Below are positions 27,646 to 36,313 of a stretch of DNA of 64,000 nt, piece after piece. The stretch covers positions 2,892-66,891 of the forward strand of contig OMIX01000089.1 of the NCBI GenBank assembly GCA_900299195.1, given 5' to 3'. The notes beneath the pieces are model-generated. The model made no database searches and was not told the origin of the DNA. It saw only the letters and a list, made by a program, of their open reading frames with translations. The stretch's first letter is position 1. Every line of letters begins with the position of its first letter. The position numbers were made by a program, and so were the translations under genes. Source of the DNA: Deltaproteobacteria bacterium. Lineage in GTDB: Bacteria; Bdellovibrionota; FAC87; UBA2466.

Positions 27646-28411
27646 AATATCCCAGTACGGCTCTTGTCATATCAAAGTCACGTTCATTTTCGATAAATAA
27701 TATTTTGCGATATTCCGTAGCATCCTCAATCATATTATTCATGGGATCTGCGATAAGATTGCTTTTTGGAAGATAAACAAAGACATGGGAAAATGTTGGT
27801 TCGTTTTTTTCTTCTCGAGCATCTGCAACTCTTAGCTCTGCTTCGATCCCAAGTTGTTTAAGAATTTTATATAAAATGGTGGCCTTGTGGCGGCAAACTC
27901 CTCTATCTTTGACACGGGAATCAAGAAAACTCGAGGCAAAACGAACTGTGTTGGGATGGAGAACCAAAGTAGACCACACGATTTGACCACCTTTTCCATC
28001 ATCACTGGGATCTCCTCCGTAGAGTTTGCTAATAAACATCTTCAATATTTGTTTTAGGTTTTGACCTGAATACTTCAGTAACTCTCTTTCTTCCGCTGTT
28101 AAGTGAGAAACAATATTGTCCCAATCAAAGTAAATACCAAACCCGATGTGAGGTGCCTGACGAGTAAACGACTGGATTTGGTGTATCAAAATGGGAATAG
28201 CTCCAACAGCGGTTAAAGTACCGCCTAATCCGACAATTCTTGTTAAAGTTTGCCGACAGGAGTAGCGAGTAGCAGTTGACTGGATCGAATCCGAAAGGAA
28301 TACAGTTCTCTCGCCTTTTATTTTTTCGATATCTGAAATTTCCAAGCCTAGGGCGCCGATATTTGTTAGACAGATACAAATAAATACGATACTTCCACGG
28401 TATCTCAGCAT
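27635..28411 (-). CDS. Membrane-anchored transglutaminase-like superfamily cysteine protease/transglutaminase domain protein
   Basis: Two N-terminal TM segments. Core GVCRHKATILYKILKQLGIEAELRV (Cys), SHVFVYL (His), IADPMN (Asp) matches the TGase-like Cys-His-Asp pattern. Overlaps the kinase start by 11 nt. Confidence 0.65.
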   Translation of the reverse strand: MLRYRGSIVFICICLTNIGALGLEISDIEKIKGERTVFLSDSIQSTATRYSCRQTLTRIVGLGGTLTAVGAIPILIHQIQSFTRQAPHIGFGIYFDWDNIVSHLTAEERELLKYSGQNLKQILKMFISKLYGGDPSDDGKGGQIVWSTLVLHPNTVRFASSFLDSRVKDRGVCRHKATILYKILKQLGIEAELRVADAREEKNEPTFSHVFVYLPKSNLIADPMNNMIEDATEYRKILFIENERDFDMTRAVLGYYAP

Positions 28412-28556
28412 ACCAAAGCCTTTCTTTGCCCCATTTCTTCTTGGTTAATGCAAATGGGATTCCATGAAAGAGAGATTAAAAAAGCTTTTTTTTCATAGTT
28501 TGAGTTGATCGGGGATAAGACAGAGATTTTTACCAAAGCATTAAAATCGAAAGAGT

Positions 28557-29303
28557 TTACTTTGATGGGACAGATCCGCTTTGTTGGATTGGAATAAGAT
28601 AGACATGGGTATAACCTAGTTCTTGAAGTTGCTTTTTAAACGAGCGGGAAGTTTCTGAGTCGCGAATAAGAATAATTTTATCCCGGTGGGTAATCATTCC
28701 ATGGGTAGCAGTACTGATAGCTTTTTTTAATTGGGTTCGACTCCAATTTTCACTCTTTGCCTTTTCTATCATTTCGCTATGGATCGATTGGGCTCGTTTA
28801 AAATCGGGAGGATTTGATACTTCAATTTCGATCGATTCTTTTAGGGTGATTAAGCTTGGAATTTCTTGGGAAATAGGAAATCCGCTCGCCTTCGAAATAG
28901 GGATGAGATGATTGTTGAGTACGTCCGAACGATCCAGAAGAACTAAGGGGCTAGGGGGGTTCTTAAAAAAGAACATGACATCTAAATCGCTTTTTTGTTC
29001 GGGAGAGTATCCGTAACTGAAATGGGTTCTGCTTCCAAAAAGCACCATCGCCTCAACATCACTAAAGTCTGGGTTGTTTTTGAAGATATCTATGAGCTCA
29101 TTGAGTTGGTTTTGGCTCATACCCATCGGGGTGGGAATGCCCTGATATCGCTTGGCTTCGAAGTTAAGAAGCTCACGGCAGTTAGTTTTGGGAATGGCAA
29201 GAGAGTAATGGCACACAAGCCCAAATGTCATAATAATAGACAGAGCTATATGTTTTTTTACAGTATTCATCGTTTTCTGACTCAATTCCAAATGCCAAAA
29301 CAT
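28557..29303 (-). CDS. Signal-peptide-bearing nucleotidyltransferase-fold (Pol-beta superfamily) protein
   Basis: Signal peptide (ALSIIMTFGLVCHYSLA). NTase motif LFGSRTHFSYGYSPEQKSDLDVMFF (hG[GS]x9-13DhD). 248 aa. Confidence 0.5.
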   Translation of the reverse strand: MFWHLELSQKTMNTVKKHIALSIIMTFGLVCHYSLAIPKTNCRELLNFEAKRYQGIPTPMGMSQNQLNELIDIFKNNPDFSDVEAMVLFGSRTHFSYGYSPEQKSDLDVMFFFKNPPSPLVLLDRSDVLNNHLIPISKASGFPISQEIPSLITLKESIEIEVSNPPDFKRAQSIHSEMIEKAKSENWSRTQLKKAISTATHGMITHRDKIILIRDSETSRSFKKQLQELGYTHVYLIPIQQSGSVPSK

Positions 29304-29362
29304 TTAGGCTGCAATAGAAAGGCCGATTTTTGAGGAAAGGATGTCTCCGGAATGTACCCGGA

Positions 29363-29439
29363 TGGTGGGCGCCACAGGACTCGAACCTGTGACCTCTGCC
29401 GTGTGAAGGCAGCGCTCTAACCAGCTGAGCTAGGCGCCC
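29363..29439 (-). tRNA. tRNA-Val (anticodon CAC)
   Basis: Reverse complement GGGCGCCTAGCTCAGCTGGTTAGAGCGCTGCCTTCACACGGCAGAGGTCACAGGTTCGAGTCCTGTGGCGCCCACCA. Cloverleaf with a 7-nt anticodon loop TTCACAC and encoded CCA. Confidence 0.85.
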
Positions 29440-29471
29440 TCGATAAGTTCCATATTAGAAATTTTAATTTT

Positions 29472-29557
29472 TGGTGCGACGGGGGGGACTTGAACCCCCA
29501 CGCCTTTCAGCACATGCACCTCAAACATGCGTGTCTGCCATTCCACCACCGTCGCAC
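29472..29557 (-). tRNA. tRNA-Leu (anticodon GAG), long variable arm
   Basis: Reverse complement GTGCGACGGTGGTGGAATGGCAGACACGCATGTTTGAGGTGCATGTGCTGAAAGGCGTGGGGGTTCAAGTCCCCCCCGTCGCACCA. Anticodon stem catgt/gcatg, loop TTGAGGT, 86 nt. Confidence 0.85.
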
Positions 29558-29575
29558 AGAAAATTTTCAAAGAAA

Positions 29576-29935
29576 CTACTTCTTAGCTGGCTCCGCAGGA
29601 GTTGTAGGCTGAGCCGCTTTATTTGCGGGAGCCCCCTCTTTTGCACCTTCAGTCTTTGGAGTCTGAGGAGCTTCGGAAACCGGTTCTTTTCCTATCACAC
29701 TCTTTGTGACATTCAAGCTTCTAGAGCGTGTCAGAAAGAAACTCGTCACTAAAAATAAAACAGCACAAACCGAAGTAGTTTTAGTTAAAAAGTTGCCCGC
29801 TCCTTTGCTACCAAAGATGCTTTGGCTCGAACTTCCACCAAAGGCTACTCCACCATCTGCCTTTCCAGGCTGAAGTAGAATCACAAAAACCAAAAAGGCA
29901 CAAATCGCAATGTGCAAAATAACTAATAGTGTCAC
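29576..29935 (-). CDS. secG: Preprotein translocase subunit SecG
   Basis: Two TM helices flanking LLQPGKADGG...FGG...IFG motifs. Conserved position after tpiA and before tRNA-Leu. Confidence 0.85.
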   Translation of the reverse strand: MTLLVILHIAICAFLVFVILLQPGKADGGVAFGGSSSQSIFGSKGAGNFLTKTTSVCAVLFLVTSFFLTRSRSLNVTKSVIGKEPVSEAPQTPKTEGAKEGAPANKAAQPTTPAEPAKK

Positions 29936-29944
29936 GTTTTCTCC

Positions 29945-30739
29945 TTAACTTTTCAAACCTCTATTAACAATTTCACCAAAAGAAAGCGGATCCAAACTCG
30001 CTCCCCCAACCAACAAACCATCAACATCTTCCATGCTCATCAGTTGAGCAGAGTTCTCAGCTTTTACACTCCCACCATACAGAATTCTAGTTCGGTTCGC
30101 AAAGGTTGATGAAATATTCTTAGAAAGCCACTGCCGAATAAATGCATGAACCTCTTGGGCTTGGTCCGGTGTTGCATTTTCTCCAGTTCCAATAGCCCAA
30201 ACTGGCTCATAAGCAATCACTAAAGGTTTTAGGATAGCTTCGCCTAAATCTTTTAACCCTGCTAACTGACCCTCAATGACCGAAAAAGTACGGTTAGCCT
30301 TGCGCTCTTCGAGCTTTTCCCCCACACAAAAAACTGGTGTCAGTCCCTCTTCTAGAGCCGCTTTAAGCCTCGCATTCACTAAAGCATTATCTTCTTTAAA
30401 CACATGGCGTCTCTCAGAGTGGCCCAAAATCACCCAACGAACCCCAAGATCCTTCAACATCACTGGAGAAATTTCTCCGGTAAAAGCGCCCGACTTCGCA
30501 GCTCCACAGTTTTGAGCCGCAACTTGAACGTGAGTGCCTTGAGTCATCTTCGTTAAATCCGATAAGTAAACTGCCACTGGAGCCAGCACCATTTCACCAC
30601 GAGAACTTTGTCTTTGAGTCGCTTCACAAAAAGGCCCTACAAAAGCCTGAACCTCACGGCCCACCTTGTTCATTTTCCAATTTGCTATAAAAAGCGGAGT
30701 TCTTAAGTCCACCATGGATTTATCCCTGCTCTCTTTCAA
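29945..30739 (-). CDS. tpiA: Triosephosphate isomerase
   Basis: Conserved NWKMN, catalytic IAYEPVWAIGTG, and GGSV motifs. Confidence 0.95.
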   Translation of the reverse strand: MKESRDKSMVDLRTPLFIANWKMNKVGREVQAFVGPFCEATQRQSSRGEMVLAPVAVYLSDLTKMTQGTHVQVAAQNCGAAKSGAFTGEISPVMLKDLGVRWVILGHSERRHVFKEDNALVNARLKAALEEGLTPVFCVGEKLEERKANRTFSVIEGQLAGLKDLGEAILKPLVIAYEPVWAIGTGENATPDQAQEVHAFIRQWLSKNISSTFANRTRILYGGSVKAENSAQLMSMEDVDGLLVGGASLDPLSFGEIVNRGLKS

Positions 30740-31937
30740 TCCGCTCCAAAACCTTTAGGCCTGGAAGGGTCTTACCCTCTAAATATTCCAGGGTAGCTCC
30801 TCCCCCCGTGCTGATAAAATCAAACGAAGCTTCAAGTCCTGCTTTCATGATCGCAGCTGCAGAATCTCCACCCCCTACCAGTTTGACAGCTTTGGTTTGA
30901 GCCAGAAGTTTGGCCACTTCGAAAGTTCCCTTTGCAAAGGCCGGCTCTTCAAAAACACCCATCGGACCATTCCAAAAAATGGTCTCAGCCGTCTCAAGGG
31001 CAGTAGCAATCTTAGCCACAGTTTTGGGTCCTATATCTAAACCCAATTTATCGTCGGGAATATCAATTCCACTGGTAATTGAAACATTCTGAGTATCACC
31101 AAAAGCTAAGCTGACTACATGATCCTCAGGAAGTATCAATCTAACAGTTCGAGCATCTGCTCCCCGAATAATTTTCTTGGCTAACTGAACCTGTTTCTCT
31201 TCACACAAGCTCTTACCAACTTGAAAACCTTTGGCAGCCAGAAAAGAATAAGCCATGGCACCACCAATGACCACCGTATCAACTTTAGGAAGAAAATATT
31301 CGAGGACCCCAATTTTATCCGAAACTTTGGATCCTCCCATCAGCAGCAGAAAAGGCCGCTTGGGATGATCTTTCAACGGAGCTAAGAATTTCAGTTCTTT
31401 CTCAACCAAAAAACCGATCGCTCGGTTTTTAATGATCTTAGGAAGACCTTCAGTTGAAGCATGGGCTCGATGTAAAGTTCCAAACGCATCACTAATATAA
31501 ACATCACAAAGTTCAGCTAATCGATTGACGAATTCCGGTGAGTTTTCTTCTTCGCCAGGATGGAACCTTAGGTTTTCCAAAAGCATCACATCGCCAGCTC
31601 GCATTTGATGAGAAAGCCCTCGCGGAGCATCTCCTACGCAATCTTCAGTCAATAAAACGTCTTTCCCCAAAACCCGACTTAAATAACTTCCCACAGGCTC
31701 GAGACTGTATTTGGGATTAGGCTGCCCTTTGGGTCGCCCCAAATGAGATCCTAAAATAACCTTTCCCCCTTGTTCCATCACAAAACGAATCGTGGGAAGA
31801 GCTTCCTCAATTCGTCTAGGATCGGCAACTTCGTAAGAATCGCCCGCCTGTTTCAAGGGAACATTAAAATCCACTCGAATAAAAACTCTTTTGTTTTTTA
31901 ATTCAAGTTCAGTGAGTTTCGGATAAGAAATCTTCAT
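30720..31937 (-). CDS. pgk: Phosphoglycerate kinase
   Basis: RVDFNVP N-terminal motif, hinge, and C-terminal GGGDS-type region. 405 aa. Confidence 0.95.
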   Translation of the reverse strand: MKISYPKLTELELKNKRVFIRVDFNVPLKQAGDSYEVADPRRIEEALPTIRFVMEQGGKVILGSHLGRPKGQPNPKYSLEPVGSYLSRVLGKDVLLTEDCVGDAPRGLSHQMRAGDVMLLENLRFHPGEEENSPEFVNRLAELCDVYISDAFGTLHRAHASTEGLPKIIKNRAIGFLVEKELKFLAPLKDHPKRPFLLLMGGSKVSDKIGVLEYFLPKVDTVVIGGAMAYSFLAAKGFQVGKSLCEEKQVQLAKKIIRGADARTVRLILPEDHVVSLAFGDTQNVSITSGIDIPDDKLGLDIGPKTVAKIATALETAETIFWNGPMGVFEEPAFAKGTFEVAKLLAQTKAVKLVGGGDSAAAIMKAGLEASFDFISTGGGATLEYLEGKTLPGLKVLERIEREQG

Positions 31938-31949
31938 TAAAAAAACCGA

Positions 31950-32990
31950 TTAAAAATTGGATTTTTGCGAGATGAAACTTGCAAGATCCAACATGCGGGT
32001 TGAGAAACCCGTTTCGTTGTCATACCAGGACAATACTTTCACCATCGTTCCATCAACGACCATGGTAGATTCCATATCCACTGAAGAAGACCAAGAAGTC
32101 CCGTTAAAATCTGACGAAACTAAAGGTGCTTTCACAGCTTGTAAAACTCCCTTGAGAGGTCCTGATTTCGCAGCAGCTTCGAAAGCCGCATTCACTTGTT
32201 CCGCAGTGGTTGGCTTTTTCACGTCAGCCACAAAATCGACTAATGAAACATTAGGGGTTGGAACTCGAACCGCAAGTCCAGTTAACTTTCCTTTGAGCTC
32301 GGGCATAACCAATCCAACTGCTTTAGCAGCCCCCGTCGTAGTAGGAATCATATTCAAAGCGCCAGCTCTCATTCTTCTGTAATCGGAATGCCCAAGATCA
32401 AGAATTCGTTGATCATTGGTGTACGAATGGACCGTCGTCATCAATCCGCGCTCAATACCAAAATTCTCGTGAAGAACCTTAACTACCGGAGCTAAGCAAT
32501 TGGTCGTGCAAGAGGCGTTAGAAACAATGTGATCGACCGCGGGATTAAAGGTTTCATGGTTAATTCCGTAAACTAAAGTTTTAATCTTTTGCTCGTCTTT
32601 GCAAGGAGCTGAAATGATCACTTTTTTTGCTCCAGCATTCAAATGTTTGGAAGCTCCGTCAAACCCAGTGAAAATTCCTGTCGACTCAATCACAATATCT
32701 ACATTCAATTCTTTCCAAGGAATTTCACCAGGATCTTTTCTAGTGAAAACTCTAACCTCTTTTCCATCGATCGACAGAGTATCTTTGGTGGACGACACCG
32801 TGTGGTTCCAGACTCCATGCACCGAATCGTATTTCAACAGATGAGCGTTTTGTTCTGTGGGGGTTAAGTCGTTAATGGCCACCACCTCAAACTCAGGTCG
32901 GTCAGCCAAAAGTCGCATAGTCACTCGGCCAATACGGCCAAATCCGTTGATCCCGATTCGTGTTTTTTTCATAGAACCCTTTCTTCTCAA
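31950..32990 (-). CDS. gap: Glyceraldehyde-3-phosphate dehydrogenase
   Basis: NGFGRIGR NAD-binding motif and active site SNASCTTNCLAPV. Confidence 0.95.
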   Translation of the reverse strand: MRRKGSMKKTRIGINGFGRIGRVTMRLLADRPEFEVVAINDLTPTEQNAHLLKYDSVHGVWNHTVSSTKDTLSIDGKEVRVFTRKDPGEIPWKELNVDIVIESTGIFTGFDGASKHLNAGAKKVIISAPCKDEQKIKTLVYGINHETFNPAVDHIVSNASCTTNCLAPVVKVLHENFGIERGLMTTVHSYTNDQRILDLGHSDYRRMRAGALNMIPTTTGAAKAVGLVMPELKGKLTGLAVRVPTPNVSLVDFVADVKKPTTAEQVNAAFEAAAKSGPLKGVLQAVKAPLVSSDFNGTSWSSSVDMESTMVVDGTMVKVLSWYDNETGFSTRMLDLASFISQKSNF

Positions 32991-33133
32991 AAAGAAAAAA
33001 TTTGTTAGCTAGATGTATAGCGAAAAGGTACAGACTTCAACTATTTAGTAAGGATTGACATAATGCAATAAACCAAGTTAAGAGTTGCGCTGAGGAGACA
33101 AGTGGCTCTTAAAGTAGAAGCGATCATTGCCGA

Positions 33134-34117
33134 ATGGATTTTGAAATCTTAAAAGTAGAAAAGTCTTTATTTATCAAAGACTTAAAACCAAAAGAAACGG
33201 TAAGAACCTCGTTCTTGGTTAAATCTAAGGAAGTCTCTTATTCTAAAAACGGGAAACCTTACCTCTCACTTTTACTCAGTGACTCAACCGGGGACCTGGA
33301 GGGTCGTGTTTGGGACAATGCTGAAGATCTGAGTGCTACTTTTTCCGAAGGAAGTATCGTTGCTGTCGGAGGAAAATTAAATGTGTTTCAAAACCGTCAC
33401 CAATTGGTGATTGATCATTTAATTCCCCTGCCATCTGACAAAGCTAAAGTGGAAGATTACTTACCTCAAGGCCTAGAGGATACCGAGGCTCTTTTCGCAA
33501 AACTGATCCACTACTTTGAATCTCTAACTAACCCATGGGTGAAAGAACTAGGTCTTAAACTTCTTAACGATCCTGAAATAGCTCCACGGTATAAAGTTTG
33601 TCCAGCCGCAAAAACCATTCACCACGCTTTTATCGGGGGGCTCCTAACTCACTCGGTTCAACTCTGTGATTTGATCGAAGCTGTTCTTCCGCTTTATCGA
33701 GGGATTGACAGAAACCTCATGTTATTTGGAGCGGCATTTCACGATTTTGGAAAAATTTTCGAACTCAATTACCAAGGAAAATTGGGTTACACCGATGAAG
33801 GAAGACTGGTCGGCCACATCGCCATCGGTGTTGTACTCGTCGATAGAAAAATTCGAGAGATCGCTGATTTTCCTAAAGAACTTGAGTACCACTTAAAACA
33901 TCTTATCCTATCGCATCACGGAAAACTGGAACACGGCTCTCCAAAACGACCTCATACATTAGAATCAGAACTGTTGCACCAGTTGGATCATTTAGATTCC
34001 AGAATTAACAGTATTCAAACCTTCATGAACTCGGAAAAAAACAACTCACGTTGGTCGGGCTACCACAAAACCTTCGACCAATATTATTTCAAGCCCATTC
34101 AAATGCTGTTAGAATAA
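33134..34117 (+). CDS. yhaM: HD-domain 3-prime-5-prime exoribonuclease, YhaM/Cbf1-like (OB-fold plus HD)
   Basis: N-terminal OB-fold region, HD motif (H...AAFHDFGK), about 327 aa. Confidence 0.65.
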   Translation: MDFEILKVEKSLFIKDLKPKETVRTSFLVKSKEVSYSKNGKPYLSLLLSDSTGDLEGRVWDNAEDLSATFSEGSIVAVGGKLNVFQNRHQLVIDHLIPLPSDKAKVEDYLPQGLEDTEALFAKLIHYFESLTNPWVKELGLKLLNDPEIAPRYKVCPAAKTIHHAFIGGLLTHSVQLCDLIEAVLPLYRGIDRNLMLFGAAFHDFGKIFELNYQGKLGYTDEGRLVGHIAIGVVLVDRKIREIADFPKELEYHLKHLILSHHGKLEHGSPKRPHTLESELLHQLDHLDSRINSIQTFMNSEKNNSRWSGYHKTFDQYYFKPIQMLLE

Positions 34118-34122
34118 ACGGC

Positions 34123-34887
34123 ATGAATGAACTTGAATCTATTTTAAATACCGCTACTCAAATTGCAGAACAGGCCGCTGAAATTGCACAATCCTATTTC
34201 AGACAAGCGATTCTTATCGAGATGAAAGAAAACATGACACCGGTCACAGTCGCTGACAAGAAGACCGAAGAATTCATTCGAAAAGAGTTAGCCTCTGCAT
34301 TTCCCGGATTTGGTATTTGCGGAGAAGAATTTGGAGAAGAAGGAAAAGAGCAGGAATTGGTTTGGACCGTCGATCCTATCGATGGAACCAAAAGTTTTAT
34401 CAAAGGAATACCCTTATTCGGGACTCTCTTGGGCCTTTTGCAGCACGGGGAACCCATCATGGGTGTCATGGTGCTTCCGGCCTTAAAAGAAACCTACACC
34501 GCCGCTAAAGACCTTGGAACTTATTGCAACGGACATCAATTACACGTCTCCCAAAAAACCAGCCTGGAATCTTCTTTTGTTTCGATTGGAGACATAGATT
34601 GTTTTGAGGCCTCAAGACAAACTAAGGGATTACATCGATTGCTAGACAAAGCGGAATTTGTTCGAGGTTACACCGATTGTTTTGGGCACTCTTGTGTGAT
34701 GCGCGGAGGTATCGATGCCATGATCGATCCCGTAGTGTCCTTGTGGGACATTGCTCCCCTAGCCTGCTTAATTAAAGAAGCGGGTGGAGAGTATTTCAGC
34801 CTTGGTGGAAGTGAAACTATTCACGAAACGAGTTTCATCACCTGTGGCCCAGGGCTCAAAAAAGAAATACTTTCTATTCTCGGTTAA
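34123..34887 (+). CDS. Inositol monophosphatase family protein (SuhB/HisN-like)
   Basis: IMPase motifs WTVDPIDGTKSF and GEE metal-binding. Start at ATG 34123 is preferred over the track start because that overlaps yhaM. Confidence 0.85.
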   Translation: MNELESILNTATQIAEQAAEIAQSYFRQAILIEMKENMTPVTVADKKTEEFIRKELASAFPGFGICGEEFGEEGKEQELVWTVDPIDGTKSFIKGIPLFGTLLGLLQHGEPIMGVMVLPALKETYTAAKDLGTYCNGHQLHVSQKTSLESSFVSIGDIDCFEASRQTKGLHRLLDKAEFVRGYTDCFGHSCVMRGGIDAMIDPVVSLWDIAPLACLIKEAGGEYFSLGGSETIHETSFITCGPGLKKEILSILG

Positions 34888-36308
34888 TTCACCAACTCAT
34901 CGGGAGTATAAACTTTAGAAATCGTTAATCGTTTTTCTTGTGGAATATCTTTTTGAAACTCTTCCAAATCCTTTGCAACCACATCTTTATCCGCCACCAA
35001 AGCGATCAACCAACTTTGAGTATTATGTTTTTCTTTTAACACTGATTTTAACTTCTTATTATTGATTCCACCGATTGTCTCAGAAAACTCCTCAGGACTT
35101 AAAATGGGAATGTTGTAGAGATAGCTCGTCAGTTTTTGAGAAACTCTTTTCTCTGCAGTTTCAAATTCAAAGGGATAGGAGTTAATCAAGCTATCTTTAG
35201 CCAAATCCAACTCATCTCCAGAAAGACCACTCTCTAAGTAGGACTTCCACATCTCTAGTGTTTTAAAAATAGTTTTAGATGTGTACTCAACACTAGGAGT
35301 TGAGGAAATACTAAACAGCCCTTGCTGATTCGATACCCCGCCCAACGATGCATAGGAACTGCCAATGGCATAGGTCCATCCCAATTCGCCTCGAATCGTT
35401 TTAAACAAACGAGAAACTAAAGGCTCACCCCCAAAGGAAAAATTTCCAGTTTTTAAGGTGTATCGATCGGGATCTTGAGCGGTAATTCCACCTTGTGCAA
35501 AAAAGAGAGAGCCCGTAGAGGTTTTTGGCTTGTGGATTACTATCAAAGTGGGCTTTTCAGGAATCTGTAACTTAACTGCCCGCTTAGGCGGCTTGGCCCC
35601 ATCGGGAAACTGTCGCCAAATCCGAGCAAAATCGGAAATCATTTCAGATTCAGGAAAAGGTGAAGCTGCTGCAAAAATAATTTTGGGTCGATCAAAATAA
35701 TCATTATATTTTCTTAGAACATCAGAAAGGGAAATTTTCTCAATAGTAGACTGACTTCCTATGACTGGACGCTCTAGAGGAGTGCCTTTAAAAATTTCTC
35801 TCCTCGCCGCGAGTCCGCCCAGTCGATTATTTGAATTTTTCACATGAAGAATGTCATTCAGGATTTCCCTTTTCAACTCTTGGAAATCTTTTTCAGTGAA
35901 AGCGGGATGAAGCAATGCCTCCTCCAAAAGAGCGATAAATTTTTGAGTATTTTCTTTAATCACTCCACCAGAAAATTGAATGGTATCTTGGGTAACGACC
36001 GCCGATAAAGCCCCACCCATTCTTTCCAATTCACTCTGAAACTTTTGTCGACTTCTTTTTTTAGTTCCACGAAGAACCATTTCGGCAACGATATTACTCA
36101 AACCACTTTTTTCTACCGGATCATCTACGCTTCCCGTCATGACGATCACACTCAAAGTGGTGGTCAGCGCTGAGGGATTTTTCTCGTAAAAAACTTTAGG
36201 TGATACAGGAACCCCATTTTCGGTTGCCGGTTCAGCCCGAAATGAGGTTTTGGTTTTTGAAAAAACTGACGATGCAATCAATAAAAAACAAAAGATGATG
36301 CGTAACAT
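34884..36308 (-). CDS. M16-family peptidase, non-catalytic (beta-type) subunit
   Basis: M16 fold, signal peptide, no HXXEH. Paired with the upstream active M16 subunit (5-bp gap). Confidence 0.75.
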   Translation of the reverse strand: MLRIIFCFLLIASSVFSKTKTSFRAEPATENGVPVSPKVFYEKNPSALTTTLSVIVMTGSVDDPVEKSGLSNIVAEMVLRGTKKRSRQKFQSELERMGGALSAVVTQDTIQFSGGVIKENTQKFIALLEEALLHPAFTEKDFQELKREILNDILHVKNSNNRLGGLAARREIFKGTPLERPVIGSQSTIEKISLSDVLRKYNDYFDRPKIIFAAASPFPESEMISDFARIWRQFPDGAKPPKRAVKLQIPEKPTLIVIHKPKTSTGSLFFAQGGITAQDPDRYTLKTGNFSFGGEPLVSRLFKTIRGELGWTYAIGSSYASLGGVSNQQGLFSISSTPSVEYTSKTIFKTLEMWKSYLESGLSGDELDLAKDSLINSYPFEFETAEKRVSQKLTSYLYNIPILSPEEFSETIGGINNKKLKSVLKEKHNTQSWLIALVADKDVVAKDLEEFQKDIPQEKRLTISKVYTPDELVN

Positions 36309-36313
36309 GGATG

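Noticed and set aside
28557-29303. NTase-fold protein as an MNT antitoxin of a HEPN/MNT toxin-antitoxin pair, or as a CD-NTase (CBASS).
   Set aside because: It has a signal peptide, is 248 aa (too long for MNT, too short for typical CD-NTases), and no HEPN or effector partner is adjacent.
29471-29752. 93-aa plus-strand ORF overlapping tRNA-Leu and secG.
   Set aside because: It overlaps a confidently folded tRNA and the secG coding sequence on the opposite strand, so it is spurious.
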